A stretch of DNA of 63,509 bases, the filler included, from Octopus bimaculoides (Eukaryota): assembly GCF_001194135.2 (NCBI RefSeq). It is 6 parts of 3 records of this genome, joined end to end, with 100 filler letters (N's around TTAATTAATTAA, not from the genome) between each part and the next. Parts side by side here need not be neighbours in the genome. Positions count along the whole stretch, not along the records: positions 50,200 to 55,870 come from NC_068995.1; positions 55,971 to 61,126 come from NC_069004.1; positions 61,227 to 63,509 come from NC_069002.1; 3 more parts are not named here. One strand, given 5' to 3'. Both the position numbers and the translations under genes were made by a program. Shown here in pieces: positions 52,810 through 63,509 of the stretch; the stretch's first letter is position 1, and every line of letters starts with the position of its first letter. Below the pieces are notes generated by a model. It ran no database searches and was not told the origin of the DNA. It was given only the letters and a program-made list of their open reading frames with translations.

Positions 52810-53629
52810 ATGTCGTCTGATGAAGAGCTGGTTAAAAGTCTGAAGAGAATAGACGAAGCAATAGAGGTGAAGAATTATGCAGAGGCGGTGAAAGAGAAAG
52901 GCGAAGACGTGTGTCTGGAAGAGTTGAGTTGATTCAAAGAAATGCTTAGAAGAGAGGGGAACGACGTAAAAGTATCCCCCCACACACACATACACAAAGA
53001 AGTTTTAAAAGAAAAAAAAACATTATTTACAAGACGTACTCAGCAACAAGGAAAATTGAAATCATGTCGATCGCTCAAGTCGAAAAGGAATTAAAACCGA
53101 TCTGGCAAGGGATTTCTTACCTTACCAGAGGAAGAAAGTTTGGAACAGTGGAGTTGCAGTTCCGGGAGGTAGCTACTGCTAGACTGCACTTGGCAACAAC
53201 CTTAAAAACGGATGAAGTAGTGCTTCTACCCATATACCTTGTGAGACGTGCTTCCAGGGTTAGGGTAGAAGATACATCCCCAGAAATTGATGTAGCCTAG
53301 CTTGCAGCTGCCATACTGCTGGGCACGGATGAGAAGGTAGTGGTCCTCCAGGCTACCAGAACATCACACAAGAACTATCAAGGGCAGAGCCTAGATATGA
53401 TAAACCAGACGGCTCCGGAAGACTATGAAAATATGGTCGAGACCATCACGGTCGAAGAGGTGACACTCAGGGTCAGAGTAGAAGGATCCCGCGATGCTAT
53501 AAATGTGGCCTGAAAGGTCACATTAGTGCGGACTGTCCTCCACTACCCGTGAAGACTAAAGAGAAACCCGAGAGCAGGAAAGAAATCGCGAAGGAAAAAA
53601 GAGAAGGAAAAAGCACACTTTGTGAATGA
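52810..53629 (+). pseudogene. Gag-like/ORF1 relic of a non-LTR retrotransposon with a CCHC zinc knuckle
   Basis: MSSDEELVKSLKR... at 52810. The ORF at 53064-53300 continues through one TAG, then a frameshift near 53490 leads to CYKCGLKGHISADC (CX2CX4HX4C, 53495-53536). Confidence 0.75.
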
Positions 53630-54186
53630 TGACCCCCATCCCATATCCACCCGACTCCTACCCACACCCACTCTACCACAACCTCTCCCTACAGATACCA
53701 ACCCTCTCCATCTCCCACCTGACATAAAGACATGTACAAGCACGCAGGAGCCCCAAACTTTCCCACCCTTGCTCTGTGAGAAAAAATGTTATACTGCACA
53801 ACGGATAAAAGGAAAAACTTTATGTAATAGACTCGTGAGACAGAGCGCAGAGTACCTTTCGAGAGTAAAGGATTATGAGGAGGATTTTGAGTGGTGGGTC
53901 AAGAAAAATAGACACCAGCACAATACCAAAACGGGTAAGCTATCTTGAACTTTTAAAGAAATTTAACATAGACATTCTTCGGAAAGATGAAAGTTAGCTG
54001 TTGCAAATAGTGTTTTGAACTGTTACAAATAATGTTTTAACAAAGAAGTTGTATTAACAGGTTCAATGAAGTCGCTCGGAGGTGGGGCCGAACGGCTTCA
54101 TTTCATTTATCATTTTATCTAATTCATCCTTTCCATCCGTTTTTTTTGTTTCTGTCCCCACCATATGCTTTCCTCTCTGTGATGCT

Positions 54187-54218
<32 letters not shown>

Positions 54219-55970
54219 CAGAAAGGAAGAAAGAAAGAAGGAGTTCCTTGACTTTCTCCGTCTTGTTGATTGCTGTTGAACTGCTGTCTTTATTTGAAAC
54301 ATGTGTGTTTTGCGTCTTGCGACGGTGTTCCACGTCTTCCCTCTTGTTTGATGGGGGAATGTCGTAGGTTTGTGTCGTCGTAATGGAATATGGAGATTTG
54401 AGTTCTTCTTCCTCAGACATTACGTCCCTTGTAACGTCTGAAATGTTTGTTTATATTCTACGAGTGCCCGTTTTTGTTTTAGTTTTTAGTATAAAATATT
54501 TTTAAATGGATGAATCTATACTATAATGGAGAAAGCTGCTTATTAATTAGGTATGTAACAATTACTGAAAGTACTAAAAGAAAGCAATTATTAAAGGGTT
54601 GACTGTATGGTAATATATTTATGAATTCATGTTCTAAGAAATTTCCTATAATTTCGATGTCTCAAGTTTATTGAATTTTTTAACTCCAATTTCTCACAAA
54701 TTTAAATATTCACTGCGTCCAATTCATCACAAATTTAAATATTCATTCAATTCACTGCGGAGTATTCCATTTTCAATTGCAAAGTCTCTCTTTCTCTTTT
54801 AAGTTTTAATTCGCTTTTAATGTATGCGTAATGTAAAAACATTATTTATTGAATGAATTTTTTTTTAAATCCCTGTATAATTTTTGAACGTAGGATAGCA
54901 GTGAGAAGAGCCTAGAAAGTTGGGTAATTACTATTAGAAGACGAGGAGAAAAAACAAAACAAAAAGTTACCGACAGTACTCGAAGCTTGCACCTTATTCA
55001 CAGTTTCCAAGCACAACTTCAACAGTGATGCACACGCAAACACACACACACACACACACCAATACACACTTGCACATACACATAGATACAATACACAAAG
55101 ATACAATACACACAAATGAAAGGTAATGAATGTGTGTGTGTGTGTGTGTGTGTACTGTTCACTGACAAAACTTCGTGCTGCATCACTTTTGTGAAGTTTT
55201 GTCAATGAAGAGGTCGCGGTTTCAAAGCAACGAAAACATTTTGACACAAATAAAGTTTTAATGCTATAGTGAAACGAACAGTATTTGTGTGTTCTTGAAT
55301 GGAATACAAACATCTTACACGCTGCAATTGTTTTTCTTTCAGCACACGATCTCAGATCAAGTCACTTGCAATGCAAGTACATCTCTGTAATTTTTTTAAA
55401 TGACTGTGGATAAATGTCAGCAATGACCTTCTCAGGCTCTCCAATATTTTTATTTCTAAACAGAAACAATCGGGAGCAGAGAGTGGAGTTGCAAGAAATT
55501 CATAATCTCTCAAATTTTCTTCTTATAGCATATAAATGTATTTATATGGGAAAATATTGAAAAATATTAATACATGCGAGAGTGATAAAGAAACGAGGAG
55601 AGTTGTCTTTGGATGTGCTAGAAACAACAGCTAAATCGCCCTTAAATCACTTTTCCCTTTGAAAATATTAACAATCTTTTTTTTTTTATCGAAAATGCTC
55701 TTCCCGTGGTTTTGAAGTACAAAACAAATTTGGCCAAAATAGGTCCGGAGTGGGATGATGAAGGGGAGGTGTAAAAAAAGAGTTTTCAAAACTTGTTCCA
55801 TGCAAAGATACCTTCCCGACTAATCCCATCATTTAGAAGGATGTGGGTTCAAAAAAAAAATAGGGAATATNNNNNNNNNNNNNNNNNNNNNNNNNNNNNN
55901 NNNNNNNNNNNNNNTTAATTAATTAANNNNNNNNNNNNNNNNNNNNNNNNNNNNNNNNNNNNNNNNNNNN

Positions 55971-56011
<41 letters not shown>

Positions 56012-57037
56012 ATGTGTGTTTAGTAAAATCAACCAAAAGAATGGAATGAACTTGTCCTGGGAATTGAAAAAATTTTGTTTTGGTCAATTTTTATTTGAAG
56101 AAGAACTCTGTGTAAAAATGTTAGATTCTTCCACTCTTCACAGCAAATTCCCATTTTCTGTGAGAGAGAATATAGACAGTGGGATCAGGTGGGAAGGAAA
56201 GGATGGGCAGTTTATCAAGAATAGACTCGCACACAGTTTCTGTCCACCAAATTCCACTTAACAAAGGTTTGGTCAACCCAAGGCCATTGGTAGAAGAAGA
56301 CTTTGGCCAAGGTTTCACACATTGGGATTGAAACTGAAACTATGGAGTTGCAAACTGGAAGGTTTAACCACACAGCCAGAGTTTGTGGCCATCGCATGGA
56401 GTCGCACGAACCTTGGTATGAACTGGGGTTTGAGGGTCAGTTGATGAGCTCATGGAAGTTGGAGGAGCTCAATGAGAACCGACTGAGCTGAGATTCAAGA
56501 GTCAGCTGAGAAGGCTCAGTGTATCTAAAGGTAAAGGGTGGCCTATAAAAGCGACAGAAGAGATACTAAACATAGCTGGAACTAAACTTCAGTCATTCTC
56601 CATACTTCAGTCATTCTCTCCTACTCCTTCATGTCCTTCATCTCCTCCTTCTCCTCTTACTCTTCGTTGCTTCTGCAATAATTGGCAGCAGCCGGTGGGC
56701 GTGAAGGGTGTGGGGGAGGTAGAGAGGAGATAGACAGAATTGGAATCAGGTTGGTCAGTCGGTCGGTCGGTCGGTCGGTCGGTCGGTTGGTTGGTTGATT
56801 GGTTGGTTGGTGGAAATGGTGGTGGTAGTGGTGGCAGGGATGTTGTGTGTTGGGCAGGGGGTGGGGTGGATATGGTGTGGAGTGTGGTGTTTTATAGTCC
56901 GAATTGATTTCTGTTCTGTCCAATACATGCACACACACACACACACACATGCATGCACACACTGATACATACACACAACACACATATATATATGTATGAA
57001 TAATGTATATATGCACATACACATATAAGTATGTATA

Positions 57038-57074
<37 letters not shown>

Positions 57075-57584
57075 TCACATACATACACACACGTATTGAC
57101 ATAATGTAATGGAAAATGTTGGTCAGACTCACTTCTGGAAGGATTCCAAAGATAGTTAGTTGTTACTGCTGCTACTGCTGCTACTGCTGCTGCTGCTGCT
57201 TCATCCATCTTTCTCATCATGGTCAAGAAATTTCTGTGTTGGAAGCCTGAAGCTACGCATTTCATACCTTTGACCTTTATATCAGCTTCATAACGACAAC
57301 AACAACAACGACTGGTCAGTCACTGGCCAATAGAAATATATTCAATGGTGATAACTCGATAATACTCATCCTCTTCCTCTCTCTCTCTCTCTCCCCCCCT
57401 CTTTCTCTTCCCATTTCCCTTTTCTTTTCCTCTACATCTCTTTCTCTTTTTCTTGCATCTCCACTATTTATACATAAAAACCTTTCATTGACTCTTTATC
57501 CCCCACCCCCACCCCCGCTGTCCACTCACCCCCTTGTCCAGTTCCATGCCAGACTTTGTGATATAACCTACCCACAGACACACA

Positions 57585-57743
57585 AACGGCTGTGGGTTAA
57601 GGAGCTCACTGGCAGCCACAGGGTTTCAGGTTCGGTCCCACTGTGTGGCACCTTGGGCAAGTGCCTCCTACTACAACCCCGGGTGAACCAGTACCTTGTG
57701 AGTAACTCAAGAAGACAGAAACTGTGTAGAAGCCCATCATATG

Positions 57744-57750
<7 letters not shown>
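57585..57750 (+). mobile_element. SINE family A head
   Basis: ggctgtgggttaagg...caggttcggtcccactgtgtggcaccttgggcaagtg. Confidence 0.7.
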
Positions 57751-57780
<30 letters not shown>

Positions 57781-59426
57781 TTGTATGCATATTTATATAT
57801 ATTTATTGAATATAGACCCTCCCTTTCCACAAAATCACTTTTGTACTCTATGGAATAACCATTATATCACCACCAAATAGCATCACCCTCCCTGCCTCAT
57901 GATTTTATCTCACTCCTACATGATATCCATCTCTTTAAATGGTTCAATATTCCAGCTGCATGATCGCATCTTTACATTGCATTATTCTCATCCCCCCCCC
58001 CAACACAATATAACCTCCCTGTTTTGGTGACATCATTTCCTTTACAACTGCACGTCACCTTGACTTCTATCTTCTATAGCCCCAAGCTGACGAGAGCCTT
58101 GTGAGTGGATTTGGCAGGTGGAAACTGAAAGAAGCCCATCATGTGTGTGTGTGTGTGGAAAAGTGGTTATCTAGTGAAGGGAATGAGGAATGCAGAAGAT
58201 AAGACATTCAACAAGGTCTTTTTTTGCCTTATTCTTGCAGCAGGCCCATTGCCAATAGAACACATTCTCTGATAAGAATCGATAGTTTTTCTGTTGTTTG
58301 GTTCTCTCAGTTCTTTGAGTACAAACTAAGGATCAAAAATATTCCAACAACAGTTATTCCTTTTTTTTTCTTTTTTTCAGTTGTTGTGTATCTAGGGCTA
58401 CATTATCCAATGTGCCCTTCCTTTTCTGAAAGACAGTAGAGTGCAGTTTGAGGGTATTTGCTATTTTTAGCAGGTTAATTCTATTTATTTCGTTGTGATG
58501 ATGGTGGTGGAGTTGTCAATTATGGGTAGAAGTTAGGCAGAGATTATGGAATAGGTGGAGGCAAGGGTAAGTGGGTGGTGGAGGTCATGCCATGGAGTTG
58601 GTGGTTGTGAAAGTGCTACAAACTTTCATTCTGCTTAAATTAAATTAATATTTACACAAACTTGTTATTGTTTGTGAAATGTAATATTAAAAGCTTTCTA
58701 TATTGCATGTTAGACATAATGAGTGTGTTTCTATGTATAAANNNNNNNNNNNNNNNNNNNNNNNNNNNNNNNNNNNNNNNNNNNNNNNNNNNNNNNNNNN
58801 NNNNNNNNNNNNNNNNNNNNNNNNNNNNNNNNNNNNNNNNNNNNNNNNNNNNNNNNNNNNNNNNNNNNNNNNNNNNNNNNNNNNNNNNNNNNNNNNNNNN
58901 NNNNNNNNNNNNNNNNNNNNNNNNNNNNNNNNNNNNNNNNNNNNNNNNNNNNNNNNNNNNNNNNNNNNNNNNNNNNNNNNNNNNNNNNNNNNNNNNNNNN
59001 NNNNNNNNNNNNNNNNNNNNNNNNNNNNNNNNNNNNNNNNNNNNNNNNNNNNNNNNNNNNNNNNNNNNNNNNNNNNNNNNNNNNNNNNNNNNNNNNNNNN
59101 NNNNNNNNNNNNNNNNNNNNNNNNNNNNNNNNNNNNNNNNNNNNNNNNNNNNNNNNNNNNNNNNNNNNNNNNNNNNNNNNNNNNNNNNNNNNNNNNNNNN
59201 NNNNNNNNNNNNNNNNNNNNNNNNNNNNNNNNNNNNNNNNNNNNNNNNNNNNNNNNNNNNNNNNNNNNNNTATATATGTATATATATATGTATATATATA
59301 TGTATATATATATGTATATATATATGTATATATATATATGTATATATATATGTATATAGTTATGTATATATATATGTATATATATGTATATATATATGTA
59401 TGTATATATGTATGTATATATATATG

Positions 59427-59459
<33 letters not shown>

Positions 59460-59472
59460 GTATATGTATATA

Positions 59473-59510
<38 letters not shown>

Positions 59511-61738
59511 CACACACATACATAGATACATGTACATACTTATATATACATATGTAGGTATATATGTATGTATGTATGTAGGTATGTACACAGGTATGTA
59601 CACACATATTTTATCATATATCAACATTTATTGCTTTTCGAGACTGAGAAGTGAGTGAGAAATAGGGGGTGGATGGGTAAGTGGGTGGGGGTGGTTCTTA
59701 TATCTAATTTGGATTTTCCCAAATTCTAAACGTTCATAATAGCAATTGTGGTGCAACTTGTAAGAGATTTAAATAAATTTTATCAAAAGTTCATTCATTG
59801 TGGTGACACTTGCAATTTAACTAAACAGTAAACACTCTGTAATTCTAAACTTGCAAAATTGAAACATCTAATTACTGGATTTTCCTTGTGGAAATCTCTT
59901 TCTCTCCCCTCCCCCCTCTCTCTCTATTTGTGTCTAAACTCTTCAGAAAAAGCATATCAATAGGAAGTAAACCCCACAACTCTCAAACAGAATATATATA
60001 TATATAGAGTTTACTTCACACACATTCAAAGCTTGCTACAATCAACATACCTACACATTTCATAATCTTAACAGAAGTGAAAAACATGACTGTCCTCTTA
60101 TATATGAGCTTTGAAAACTAAACAAGTCCACTACATCGTCCTCACTGCTCAGCTGAAACTTTTAATGAAAAAAGGAAAGCCAACAACAATAATTAATTGT
60201 CAAGATTTATTACATCATCCCCTATTATTCGTTTTCTTTTTCTTTTTACTTTCTGTTCTTTTCTCTTTTTTCTTCCTGCTTTCTTTCTTTCCTTTTCTAT
60301 CCCTTTTTGGTTTTATAGTCACTCACACATATGTGTGCAGGCACCCCTAATAAACACCCCCTTCCTGTTTCAAAACCTAACTGCTCCCCGCTTCCTTTTT
60401 GTCCTTTTGAACTTCTATATTGGAATAATGACAAAATCTCAAGGATGCCTGAGAACCTCTCCTTTTCTCAAAGACAAACAGGTGACCACATTACAGCAGC
60501 TTCCGCTTCTTTTTCTCTCTTTTTTTAACTGCTCTATTACATTATATATGTCCCATATATTTAATATGGTGGCTCCACCTATCCATTTTTCTAACCATCA
60601 ATCAATGTGTGTGTGTGTGTATGTGTGTGCGTGAAGTTTTCCCTTCTTTAGATTGTTTTCATTTAACCCCTCAGCTCCCAGTCCATGGCTGAGTGGTCAC
60701 AAAACTTGCTCCCTTATCACAGGGGTCACATGTTCAATCTCACTTGCATCTTAATCATGTGTCTTTTCCCATGGTCTCAGGTCATCTCAAGCCTTGCGAG
60801 TATTATTAAGGGGACAGGATTTGTGTTGAAGCCTTCCAAAGGCATCACACCAGTAATTCAACAGGTCCAGCTTTGTCACATGACACTGTGTCGTGTTGTT
60901 TCTTTCCACCTAAGTTATTACATTGCATGGCTGGGTGGGGGAGAAGTTTACTTCCCAACCACATGATTGTCAAGGCACCAACCCCCACTTTTGTTTCCAA
61001 ATAAGGGAATATTTCCTCATGGCCAGACATGTTTTGACAGAAGACTGGAGATGAATGACACAGCTTGTATGACACAACGTTCATTCACAACTACCGTCTG
61101 GTATAAAAACAAGGACCCCCCCCCCCNNNNNNNNNNNNNNNNNNNNNNNNNNNNNNNNNNNNNNNNNNNNTTAATTAATTAANNNNNNNNNNNNNNNNNN
61201 NNNNNNNNNNNNNNNNNNNNNNNNNNTAGAGAGACAGACAGACAGACAGACAGATAGCTCGCTCCGGCCAGTCATGGTATTAGCTGTCAGTAGCCAAAGA
61301 ATCGACAGGCCAGCAACAGGCATGCAGGCAGACAGACAGATACTTCACTAGCAGTGAGCACTTTCACTTCTGACAGCTAATAGCATGACAGTGCCACAAT
61401 CAGCCAGCGACCACGGCCCGGCATCGATGCCACGACATCACAACTAGTGATCAGCTCTGCCACACTCAGCCTCCTCACTTTCACATACAGAACTTTTCCT
61501 ATAGTGTACTAAAGAACTGGTATAACTGCACACGTGTTACTGACTCTTTCTATATGCTGTAATATCTCACATACACATACATACTTTTCTNNNNNNNNNN
61601 NNNNNNNNNNNNNNNNNNNNNNNNNNNNNNNNNNNNNNNNNNNNNNNNNNNNNNNNNNNNNNNNNNNNNNNNNNNNNNNNNNNNNNNNNNNNNNNNNNNN
61701 NNNNNNNNNNNNNNNNNNNNNNNNNNNNNNNNNNNNNN

Positions 61739-61770
<32 letters not shown>

Positions 61771-61797
61771 CACAAACACACATTACATATATATATA

Positions 61798-61834
<37 letters not shown>

Positions 61835-61869
61835 GAGTATATGTATGCCATTTCTCTTTTATTGTCCAG

Positions 61870-62149
61870 TCTGAAATCAGGGATCAAGACGTGAAGCTGT
61901 TGAAGCAGTTGATACAAATAAGTGAAACGATTAAAAAGTTAAGTGATGACCGCTTGAGTAAACGACGGACATGGTACGGTCAGCGCCAATCAATATGCAG
62001 CGAAACATCGGACATGTATCTTGATCTGGTGTCGCGTTCACCCGACTTGGACGAGTTCAGAGAGGCTATGATATTCAGGCAGTTCAGCGAACCTACCTCC
62101 TTTTCTAGAGAGATCTATTTAGATCCAACTGCAAGTACAGCAATATTCG
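61870..62149 (+). CDS. Internal coding exon of an uncharacterised protein with a LURAP/FAM167-like coiled-coil motif (SEIRDQDVKLLKQLIQISETIKKL...)
   Basis: Acceptor tttctcttttattgtccag ends at 61869 and donor G|GTGAGT starts at 62150. The exon is 280 nt, phase 0 in and phase 1 out, with no stops. The N-terminal motif resembles, from memory, the E-x-R-x-Q-D-x-x-L-x-x-Q-L heptads of FAM167 and LURAP/FAM89 proteins. Confidence 0.8.
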
Positions 62150-62479
62150 GTGAGTATATTTTCGATATTGTAGCTGTACACCCAGATAGTCATGCTTTGA
62201 ATTGAGTAGACCCCCATCATAACTTTCAAGAAAGATCTTCTTAAAACAAAATTACCAATAATATTAGTAATATAAAAAAATGTTAAAAGAACAACATGAC
62301 ACGAACTTTCACTGTTAAGTTTTTCAAACACACGTATTAAAAAAAAAACTGGCATCCTGTCGCTTACGTCGACGAGGGTTCTAGTTGATTCAATCACTGG
62401 AACAGTCAGCTCGTAAACATATTATCCCATATATTTTCGTTCAGAGATATCTAGTAAATACACGCAGAGGGGACAAACA

Positions 62480-62642
62480 AAGACAGACAAACGGATTAAG
62501 TATATACAACAGGCATCCACAGAGTTTCTGTCTACCAAATTCCCTTACAAACCACCGATCAGTTTGGAGTGGTTGCAAAAGACACAATGGGACTGAACTC
62601 GAAACTAAGTGGTTGCAAAGTGAGATTCTTAACCACACAGCC
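62480..62642 (-). mobile_element. SINE family A head inside the 62150-62709 intron
   Basis: gtttctgtctaccaaattc...gggactgaactcgaaactaagtggttgcaaagtgagattcttaaccacacagcc. Confidence 0.6.
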
Positions 62643-62709
62643 TAAAAATATTGGTTTTACATTTTGCTTTTCGTTTCTTTGTTATTTAATTATTTTATTT
62701 GTTTTGCAG

Positions 62710-63428
62710 ATGCCAGTGTACATTTGTCGAATGGAAACCACAGTAAGGAACCTCAACAGAACTGGGGCATGGATTTATCGAAAGTTCCATTACGTCACAG
62801 ACCTCATTCAGTGTCGATTGTGTGTGAAAAAACCTACAGTATGGATTCTAGTCAGGAATGGCTGTTCAAAAACGATAAATCTTATGCCGAACTTCTCGAG
62901 AGGAGCATCCGTTTGTGGAAAAGCAAACGGTGCGACAGTCAAAGTGATGAAAACGACGAAAAAGTGTTGTCTTTAATAAACGAATACATGAAAAGTGACC
63001 AGAAGCAGAAAAGCATCTCCGACCAAATCAAATGTTTGTCGAAAGATGATACGTCTAAAAAGGATTATTGCGATGAAGCTGAGAGTGCTGCCGCAGAAGC
63101 GACGGAAACTGAGTCAGAGACAGCGAATTTCATTGGTGATAAGGATGTAGTTAGGTCGTTAAGTCGATCTTCTGGTACGAGTTTCAATCTTTGTCGACGG
63201 AGTGATTCTGTCGAAAAGCTTGAAGAGGAAAACGTCGTTCGAAAAAATGTCGAAAAAGATGTCGACTCGCAAGTTTCTTCTAAAACCACTCATAATCTCT
63301 TTAGTAGTATTAGTAACAGCAGTAATAGTCGAAATCATAGCAACAACACCAACACCAACACCAACGTGACAGTACCACCGCAACCAACTCAGCAAAGTGT
63401 TGTTAGTGAAGTGAAAAATATTAGATAG
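62710..63428 (+). CDS. Terminal coding exon of the same gene (D-ASVHLSNGNHSKEPQQ...SEVKNIR*), acidic/Ser-rich and low complexity
   Basis: Acceptor ttttatttgttttgcag ends at 62709. G from the previous exon plus AT gives GAT (Asp), in frame with the 254-aa ORF 62664-63428. Stop TAG at 63426-63428. About 332 aa from the two exons together. Confidence 0.8.
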
Positions 63429-63509
63429 TCAAAATGGCTGCAGTAACGCTTTGAAACTTATTTAAATTATATGCGTGTACATGTGTGAGAAAGAGAAAGA
63501 TATATATAT

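Noticed and set aside
55181-55194. catcacttttgtga is complementary to the 3' half of miR-153 as I recall it
   Set aside because: There is no seed complementarity and the rest of the miRNA is absent. Likely coincidence.
57108-57330. Minus-strand exon-like stretch (MKCVASGFQH...AAAAA) with donor-like sites, a DR1-like AGGTCAAAGGTAT and a CCAAT
   Set aside because: The reading is driven by a (CTG)n tract, an in-frame stop lies just upstream, and no partner exons were found.

Overview
Eukaryotic, AT-rich, microsatellite-saturated draft-genome window with many N gaps. The repeat content (tRNA-derived CORE-type and Deu/Nin-type SINE families, abundant (TA)n/(CA)n/(TATC)n/(ATT)n) points to a cephalopod, most likely Octopus; this is inference, with no database search. 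Most of the supplied ORFs are microsatellite or gap read-throughs. One well-supported host gene is visible: the last two coding exons (61870-62149 and 62710-63428, + strand, canonical AG/GT, phases match) of a protein with a LURAP/FAM167-like coiled-coil motif. Its upstream exon(s) were not found. The rest is decayed transposons: mariner and pogo DNA transposons, Penelope-like elements, R4/Dong-type RLE, RTE and CR1-like LINEs, a CCHC ORF1 relic, a Helentron-type HINE and three SINE families. Best leads: (1) a minus-strand GC-rich island at about 29.95-30.4 kb with coding-like codon usage in three successive frames, each offset by +1 near a stop, ending in an unlisted 53-aa ORF; (2) a tandem array of degenerate hammerhead-like units at 24.27-24.54 kb; (3) a pri-miRNA-shaped hairpin at 17306-17381; (4) an exact POU-Sox composite motif at 41651-41665; (5) a 50-bp inverted repeat at 5795-5908. 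No prokaryotic-type systems or CRISPR arrays are supported.
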